NCBI GenBank assembly: GCA_963676915.2
Contig: CAXXVK010000013.1
Coordinates: 1 to 64,000 of the forward strand
Reading direction: 5' to 3'
Source: Myxococcota bacterium
Lineage (GTDB): Bacteria > Myxococcota_A > SURF-8 > G963663525
Length of the DNA stretch: 64,000 nucleotides
Made by a program: the position numbers and the translations under genes. The notes under the pieces were generated by a model, which did no database searches, was not told where the DNA came from, and worked only from the letters and a program-made list of their open reading frames with translations. Shown here piece by piece: positions 57,992-64,000 of this stretch; the stretch's first letter is position 1; every line of letters begins with the position of its first letter.

Positions 57992-58780
57992 TCAGTAGCC
58001 TGCAAGTTCTTTGGGCACGATCAATTTCCAATCTCTCACGAGGGTGCCGCCCCGTTGTCCGGGAATCAGATACCGGGGTTGAGCGGGAAGGCGGTTGCGG
58101 AAAGAACGGAATTCGTCGGATCGACGATCGAACAAGCGTTTTCTGGAGTTGAGATACCAGCCGACCTTGGCGGTCGTTGTCGGATTGTCCAACGAGTCGA
58201 GATATTCGATCGTTTTATCCAAGTCGATTGTAGGAAGACGATCCAACAGCGGAGAAACGCGCTTCCAACCTCCACAAAGTCTCAGGCGGTCGAAGACATC
58301 GACCAGCGAACGTTCCATATTGGTGACGCAGACATCGAATCCCATCCAGTCCGTAATCTGGGTAAAGGAGGTTTGCTTGTCCTTTTTCAACAACGAGGCA
58401 GGAACTCGACAAGGAGTAAGCTGGATATCTTCGAAATTCGCCGGGCGGATTTTTTCTTCGGAAAGGAAAAACACTTTGTTCCAACTGGGGATGGGCGTTC
58501 CGGTGTGGTATTCGAGCGCCGTTAGATACGCGATAATGGCATCCGAAGACATTCGGGAAGCCGCCAGCCCGAGATCGACGAAGCAGGAATCCGGGCTTTC
58601 ACCTGGAGGAACGGAATAATACAACTCACGGCGAATGCGTCCGATGCGTCCTTTGATGCGCAGACGTCTTAAGTACGCGTCGATGGCGTCCCGGCTACGG
58701 GGTTTTTCTTCTCGCAGTACCGCTGAAAATTCAGCAAGCGAGAATATCCGGTGTCTTTGCAAAAAGTCCTGGATCATCAT
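57992..58780 (-). CDS. AbiEi-family type IV TA antitoxin / transcriptional regulator
   Basis: N-terminal wHTH (KGRIGRIRRELY), IAYLTALEYH, VTNMERSLVD..DR..CGG. Confidence 0.8.
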   Translation of the reverse strand: MMIQDFLQRHRIFSLAEFSAVLREEKPRSRDAIDAYLRRLRIKGRIGRIRRELYYSVPPGESPDSCFVDLGLAASRMSSDAIIAYLTALEYHTGTPIPSWNKVFFLSEEKIRPANFEDIQLTPCRVPASLLKKDKQTSFTQITDWMGFDVCVTNMERSLVDVFDRLRLCGGWKRVSPLLDRLPTIDLDKTIEYLDSLDNPTTTAKVGWYLNSRKRLFDRRSDEFRSFRNRLPAQPRYLIPGQRGGTLVRDWKLIVPKELAGY

Positions 58781-59152
58781 GGCTTTGACGCAATGTTTGA
58801 ATATGCAATATTTATATAGTAAAGGATTTGGCGAGAGTGTCAATAGGGAAAGACGGAATATGAAAAAAAGCCCAAAATCGTGCCGAAACTATGCGTTTTG
58901 TTGGGTTTGAGAAGGTCTAACCCGGAAAATTCATGAAAAACCTGCTGCGACTTGAAAATCCTCGATCTTTCACTCGTTTCCCGATTTTTTATACTCAACA
59001 TACTGTCAAGTATGCTTCCGTTAAAAAATCGTTCCAACTTTGCGAAATATCATCGGTTTTCAGCGTCTCGCGACGATTTCTCATGAATGTTCCGGGCTAA
59101 ATCGATATCAACTCTTTGGCTATCTTTTTCGTAAACCCCGGTTCTTTTTCTG

Positions 59153-60172
59153 TCATTGACAAAATCCAACCATTCCATAAGCATAGGGCAGAACCGAACA
59201 ATTAGAACCGGGGCAACATTGAGGCAAACCCCATCCACAGGCCGGTGGATTTTCACAATGACCGCAATAAACGCACATTGGAGCGGTTTCAGCCGTGCAG
59301 CAATGGTCGATAGGGCAGGGAGGACAGTCAAATATCGGTAGGCAACCCATATCAGGATCGCATCTCTCTCCGGGGGGACAACCGTCTCCACAGGGGTTGC
59401 ATGATGGTTTGCAACGGCCATCCGTACAGCATTCGTAATTGGATGAACAATCGGAGTCTTCCTCGCAGATATCTATGCAACAAAATTGATCGAACCCTGG
59501 GCTTGAATCACAAACCTGGTGGATTGGACAATCCGCATCCACATAACAACTCGTACACTCTGTATCACAGAGACATTGGCCGTAGGTAGTGGAGGCTCCA
59601 TCTACGTCACAGGTGCAGCCCGTTGGGCAATAGTTCCCAATATTAAAGCAAAATTCGGTACAAACGCCTCCTTCCGCATCCGGTTGTTTATCGCAGAACT
59701 CTTGTATATTGCAGTCCACGTCGTTTTTGCAAAAACCATCGATAAGCTCACAAGTGCCTGAATCTTCACAGGAAAAACCAAGCGGGCATTCCTCGCCCGG
59801 TAGGTCGCAGAAGTTGCGGCAGACGCCTTCCGAATCGCTGGGATTGTCCCGGTGGCAGTATTCTAAACCTTCCAGGCAATCGTCGTCTTGGGTGCAGAAT
59901 TGAGAAACCGGTACTTCTTCCTCCGTTTCGGTCTCAGAGATATCCTCGTTTTCGATGTCCTCTAAAACGTCGATCTCGTTGCTTTCACCAGCATTGGTAT
60001 CGCTGGAATCTACTGTGTCGTCATCGGCATCCGGGGAAGAATCATGTGCTTCACTCGCCTCATTCCAATCACTGTCCGTTTCGTAGAAGATATCAGTTTC
60101 GATACTGCAACCGAAAAGGACTAATGTACCGAAAGAAAAAAGCAATGTCAGGATGTGGCGTTTAAGGTTCAT
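59153..60172 (-). CDS. Cysteine-rich lipoprotein
   Basis: LFGC lipobox; acidic linker; repeated C..D.DC...C motifs. Confidence 0.8.
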   Translation of the reverse strand: MNLKRHILTLLFSFGTLVLFGCSIETDIFYETDSDWNEASEAHDSSPDADDDTVDSSDTNAGESNEIDVLEDIENEDISETETEEEVPVSQFCTQDDDCLEGLEYCHRDNPSDSEGVCRNFCDLPGEECPLGFSCEDSGTCELIDGFCKNDVDCNIQEFCDKQPDAEGGVCTEFCFNIGNYCPTGCTCDVDGASTTYGQCLCDTECTSCYVDADCPIHQVCDSSPGFDQFCCIDICEEDSDCSSNYECCTDGRCKPSCNPCGDGCPPGERCDPDMGCLPIFDCPPCPIDHCCTAETAPMCVYCGHCENPPACGWGLPQCCPGSNCSVLPYAYGMVGFCQ

Positions 60173-60366
60173 GGCATCATCCTCTGGTTGTGCATCATGG
60201 GATATTCGATTATTCATAAGACGATATGGTGATGTCTTTTTATTCCTTCATTTTCACTCGTTCGAGTTCAACCGATTTCCAAACAACGTTTGAAAAAGGA
60301 AGACATCGTTTGACCGTTCCCACCGAAATCTCTTGCTTCTCCTCCATGGTAGGTTAAGATGGTCTC

Positions 60367-61215
60367 ATGATCAAGACGAAAGAAAAGGGGCAACACCTCC
60401 GAATCGTTGTCGGTATCGTCATATTTCTTGCTTTGGGACTGCTTTTCCCGCTGGCGTCTTCGTATGCCGGATGGTTGACGCCTGTCAACGGTCCCTATCG
60501 TCCGCAGGTTCTGGAACAGGTGAAAAACCAGCTAATGGCTGCTCCAGCTCGTTGCACGAAACCGCCGGTCGTGATTTTCGATCTCGATCACACTCTTTTC
60601 GATTCCAGACCAAGAATCTGGCGTATTTTGCAAGAATTCGCTTTGACGCTCCCCGAGTCGAAAAAAGACCAGCGTCAAATCATTCAGGCTTCCAAAATGT
60701 CGGATATTTCCTATCTGGTCATCGAAACGTTGCAACGGATTGGGATAAAGGATCCACAAACGATCGAAGACGGATTGAAATTCTGGATCAAGCATTTCGC
60801 CCACGAAGGGCGATGCAGCCAGGACGGTATCATTCCCGGAGGACCGGAGTACGTCAATAGGCTGCATAAGGCCGGTGCATTCATCGTGTACCTGACCGCC
60901 AGGGCAAAAGATTGGGAACTCGTTTGCACGGTAGACAGCTTGAAGAAAAACGGCTATCCGATCGGCGTGGCCAATACACAGCTCATCATGAAACCCGATC
61001 CCGAGCAGCGAGCCGTCGAATATAAAACCGAAGTTTTTAAAGATATCGACAGTATGGGCTGCGTTGTCGCCTGTTTCGAGAACGAACCGAAAAACATCAA
61101 TGCCATGGCGCAACAATGGCCGGAAGCCGTTCATGTTTTTCTGGATACCGATTTCGACCCGCGCCATCCCGTCAAACTATTGGACTCCATCCAACGGATT
61201 GCATCCTACGAGTAA
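60367..61215 (+). CDS. Exported HAD-superfamily hydrolase (acid phosphatase-like)
   Basis: Signal/TM segment; VIFDLDHTL; VYLTAR; FENEPKN. Confidence 0.8.
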   Translation: MIKTKEKGQHLRIVVGIVIFLALGLLFPLASSYAGWLTPVNGPYRPQVLEQVKNQLMAAPARCTKPPVVIFDLDHTLFDSRPRIWRILQEFALTLPESKKDQRQIIQASKMSDISYLVIETLQRIGIKDPQTIEDGLKFWIKHFAHEGRCSQDGIIPGGPEYVNRLHKAGAFIVYLTARAKDWELVCTVDSLKKNGYPIGVANTQLIMKPDPEQRAVEYKTEVFKDIDSMGCVVACFENEPKNINAMAQQWPEAVHVFLDTDFDPRHPVKLLDSIQRIASYE

Positions 61216-61232
61216 CATCCCGAAAATGTTGA

Positions 61233-61802
61233 CTATTTCTTTTTAAGGATTGCTCGCCAACCGGTTGCGTGGGGAACATGACGACGTGCGCTTTTCCACT
61301 CGTGCACCCGTTCGACCGAGTAGAAAAGATCGGGGTCCAAGGTCATCGCCCAAGAAACGAGCTTGCGGATTTTCTTTCGTTCGCAGATCGCAAACAGCAT
61401 GGTGGTCGGTCCGCCAAAGCCTTCTCCCGAAAACGTCGTAAGCACCTGGCCTTTTTCCCGCAATTTCTTGGCGATTTGGTTGCCGTGTTGCTGGGAGATG
61501 ATCCGAAGCACCGATTTTCCCAGCGCCAGTTTCTTTTCAAGCCAGACACCTGCGGCATTACCCGTCGCATAACCACCGGCATAGGCAAGAACTAGCACCA
61601 GGCTTTCGTTGATTCGTGTAATCACTTGCGCGACAGCTACCACCCAGACGAGCACTTCGACAAATCCCATGCTCACGGCCATGACCGTTAATCCCTCGAC
61701 GATGGCAAGTGTTCGAACCGTACCCAAGGAAACATCCACGATTCGGAGTGAAAAAATAACGAGAGCCAAACCCCAGATAGGCAGTTCATTAATGAATTCC
61801 AT
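61233..61802 (-). CDS. UPF0316/DUF2179-family membrane protein
   Basis: RIVDVSLGTVR, GFVEVLVW, AYAGGYATGN; GGAGG RBS. Confidence 0.85.
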   Translation of the reverse strand: MEFINELPIWGLALVIFSLRIVDVSLGTVRTLAIVEGLTVMAVSMGFVEVLVWVVAVAQVITRINESLVLVLAYAGGYATGNAAGVWLEKKLALGKSVLRIISQQHGNQIAKKLREKGQVLTTFSGEGFGGPTTMLFAICERKKIRKLVSWAMTLDPDLFYSVERVHEWKSARRHVPHATGWRAILKKK

Positions 61803-62004
61803 AAGATCCTCCATTTTTCTTCGACGTGAACCGTTCTCAAAAAAAATAAAAAAGAGAACGACAACCCAAAGGGGCCATGCCCATGCCATTCGAGCGGGAG
61901 CAAGTCAAGGATTGTTTTCTTTTTTTTTAAAATTCTGCATTTGACCCTTTTGCCGATCAGATGAGCCTCTTGCCTGAATCCCGAAGATAAATCTTCAAGG
62001 TACG

Positions 62005-62079
62005 GACCGGAAGGTCCGGGAGACTGTGCAAACTATTGAAAACACAGCCTTCCACGCTTCGCGCGTAAGACTATGGCAC
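62005..62079. repeat. Degenerate relative of the composite repeat
   Basis: GGGAGACTGTGCAAA resembles the reverse complement of TTTGCACAGCCTCCC; CACAGCCT..AGACTATGGCAC matches copy A. Confidence 0.5.
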
Positions 62080-62327
62080 ACATGGGTTTTATAAAAACCA
62101 TCAAGATCCTGATTTATGCAAAAGCCACGGATGTTCTTCGTTGTTCAGCTTACAACAATGATTGCATCAGGGGCGCTTTGAATAATTCGAGAAAATGAAT
62201 GCATAAAATGCAAATTTCATTCAAAATATGAAAAAATGAAGAAATTTAGGAATTCTCCTTGACTATTTGCTCACAATCCTTTTGTGTAGCAACCCTCTTT
62301 TAGCCCGTGAATACGGAGAAAAACATT

Positions 62328-64000
62328 ATGGGGATCAAAAAGGCGAGAAATATCGGGATCGTCGCGCACATCGACGCCGGAAAAACCACGGTGACGGAGC
62401 GAATCCTGTTTTATACCGGTGTGAATCGTACTATCGGTGAAGTTCACGACGGCAAAGCCACTATGGATTTCATGAAGCAGGAGCAGGAGCGAGGCATTAC
62501 CATCGCTTCGGCGGCAATTACCTGCGAATGGAACGGACATAAAGTCAACATCATCGACACTCCCGGCCACGTGGACTTCACGATTGAAGTCGAGCGTTCC
62601 ATGCGCGTGCTGGACGGTATTGTATCCGTTTTTTGCGCGGTGGGTGGTGTAGAGGCGCAGAGTGAAACCGTTTGGGGACAGGCCGACCGCTACCAGGTGC
62701 CGCGTATCGCCTTCGTGAACAAAATGGACCGAGCCGGCGCGGATTTTCACGATGTCGTGAGTCAACTCAACGATCGTCTCAACGCTGGCGCGACTCCCTA
62801 CCAGTTGCCCATCGGTGCAGGGGATGATTTTCGCGGCGTGATCGACCTGATCGACATGGAAGCCATTCAATTCGGCGACAATTCCATGCAACGGACGCCG
62901 ATTCCTGATGAACTTCGGGAAGAGGCCGAAACGTGGCGCAACAACATGCTCGAACAGCTATCCGAATACGACGATGAAATCGCGGAATTGTACCTGGACG
63001 AAAAACCTGTACCCAAAGAGTTGATTCACTCGGTAACGCGCTTTTGCGTGCTTCGTTCGCTGTTTACGCCTGTGTTCTGCGGCGCGGCCTATAAAAACAT
63101 CGGTATTCAACTGCTTCTGAATGCCGTATGCGATTTCCTGCCCAGTCCGCTCAACGGTGGGGCGATTGTCGGAGAGGATGTGGACGATCCTTCGGTTACG
63201 ATCACCCGGCACCCGAAACCTTCCGAACCGTTTTCGGCGTTGGTTTTCAAGATCATTCACGATCCCTTCGTGGGTCAGCAGACCTTCGTTCGTACCTATT
63301 CCGGTATTTTGAAAACCGGTGACACCTTGCTCAATGCAACTACAGGAAAGAAAGTTCGTGTTGCGCGAATCTTCCGTATTCACGCCAAAGACCGTAAGGA
63401 AATCAAAGAAGTGGGACCGGGCGACATCGTTGCGCTGATCGGCCTGAAAACCACCCACACGGGACATACGATCTGCGACAAAGATGCACCGCTCGTTTTG
63501 GAATCGGTACGGGTACCCGAGCCGGTGATTAGTGTCAAAGTCAGCACTGCAACGCAGAAGGAAAAAGACAAGTTGTTGGATTCACTGCGCAAAATGGCGC
63601 TTGAAGACCCGTCTTTTTCCGTGCGTCAGATGGAACGCGCCAACGAAACGGTGATTGCCGGTATGGGTGAGTTGCATCTCGACGTTATCGTGGATCGTCT
63701 GAAAACGGAGTTCAATGTGTTCGCAGAGGTGGGGCAGCCGTCCGTTGAATATCGCGAGACGATCACAAAACCCTGCCAGCACGAAACGAAATTCGCCAAG
63801 CAAACCGGTGGTCGTGGTCAATACGCGCACACGATCCTGCAGTTGGAACCCAATCCGGGTGGCGGATTCGAGTTCGTAAATGCCGTGGTTGGCGGCAATA
63901 TTCCCTCGGAATACATTCCTTCCGTCAAAAAAGGCATACTGGAGACGATGGACCGAGGCGTCCTGGCCGATTATCAGACCGTCGATGTGAAAGTTACACT
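62328..64000 (+). CDS. fusA: Elongation factor G, 3' partial, outside the str operon
   Basis: [47 protein letters not shown]; absent from the ORF track because it runs off the window. Confidence 0.95.
   Translation, partial: MGIKKARNIGIVAHIDAGKTTVTERILFYTGVNRTIGEVHDGKATMDFMKQEQERGITIASAAITCEWNGHKVNIIDTPGHVDFTIEVERSMRVLDGIVSVFCAVGGVEAQSETVWGQADRYQVPRIAFVNKMDRAGADFHDVVSQLNDRLNAGATPYQLPIGAGDDFRGVIDLIDMEAIQFGDNSMQRTPIPDELREEAETWRNNMLEQLSEYDDEIAELYLDEKPVPKELIHSVTRFCVLRSLFTPVFCGAAYKNIGIQLLLNAVCDFLPSPLNGGAIVGEDVDDPSVTITRHPKPSEPFSALVFKIIHDPFVGQQTFVRTYSGILKTGDTLLNATTGKKVRVARIFRIHAKDRKEIKEVGPGDIVALIGLKTTHTGHTICDKDAPLVLESVRVPEPVISVKVSTATQKEKDKLLDSLRKMALEDPSFSVRQMERANETVIAGMGELHLDVIVDRLKTEFNVFAEVGQPSVEYRETITKPCQHETKFAKQTGGRGQYAHTILQLEPNPGGGFEFVNAVVGGNIPSEYIPSVKKGILETMDRGVLADYQTVDVKVT

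Noticed and set aside
62271-63830. Several minus-strand ORFs
   Set aside because: Antisense to fusA

Overview
Bacterial chromosomal window of moderate GC with AT-rich islets at ~2.98-3.48 kb and ~28.7-30.8 kb. The gene content (J-domain/TPR protein, Hsp70 paralog, T2SSE_N protein, C-terminal GC-TM-RRR sorting tail, Cys-rich lipoproteins) suggests a deltaproteobacterial or Myxococcota-like organism; this is inference only. Contents in order: a partial NTT-family transporter-HEAT-cNMP fusion; a membrane-anchored PEP-synthase/rifampin-phosphotransferase-like dikinase coupled to a polytopic membrane protein; a GH63-like surface protein; a Tat FAD oxidoreductase; a 7-gene soluble two-component cluster (13.1-25.6 kb) that includes a pseudo-kinase and a pseudo-receiver; an accessory lipoprotein region (25.7-38.5 kb) punctuated by a composite repeat/hairpin family, holding murA, a ceramidase-like gene, a mosaic triplicated lipoprotein and many single-base frameshifts; a co-oriented run of tmk, orphan N6-adenine MTase, J-domain/TPR, Hsp70, T2SSE_N protein and two unusual radical SAM enzymes; a TPR/beta-barrel + FecR-like + lipoprotein operon; dnaJ; two MITE-like elements (one with perfect TIRs, a 9-bp TSD and a REP doublet); an orphan AbiEi antitoxin; and a stand-alone, partial fusA. 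No rRNA, tRNA or CRISPR array was seen. Best novelty candidates are the radical SAM pair with its chaperone neighbours, the membrane dikinase module, and the repeat-delimited lipoprotein cassettes. All family assignments are by eye from motifs; no database searches were run.
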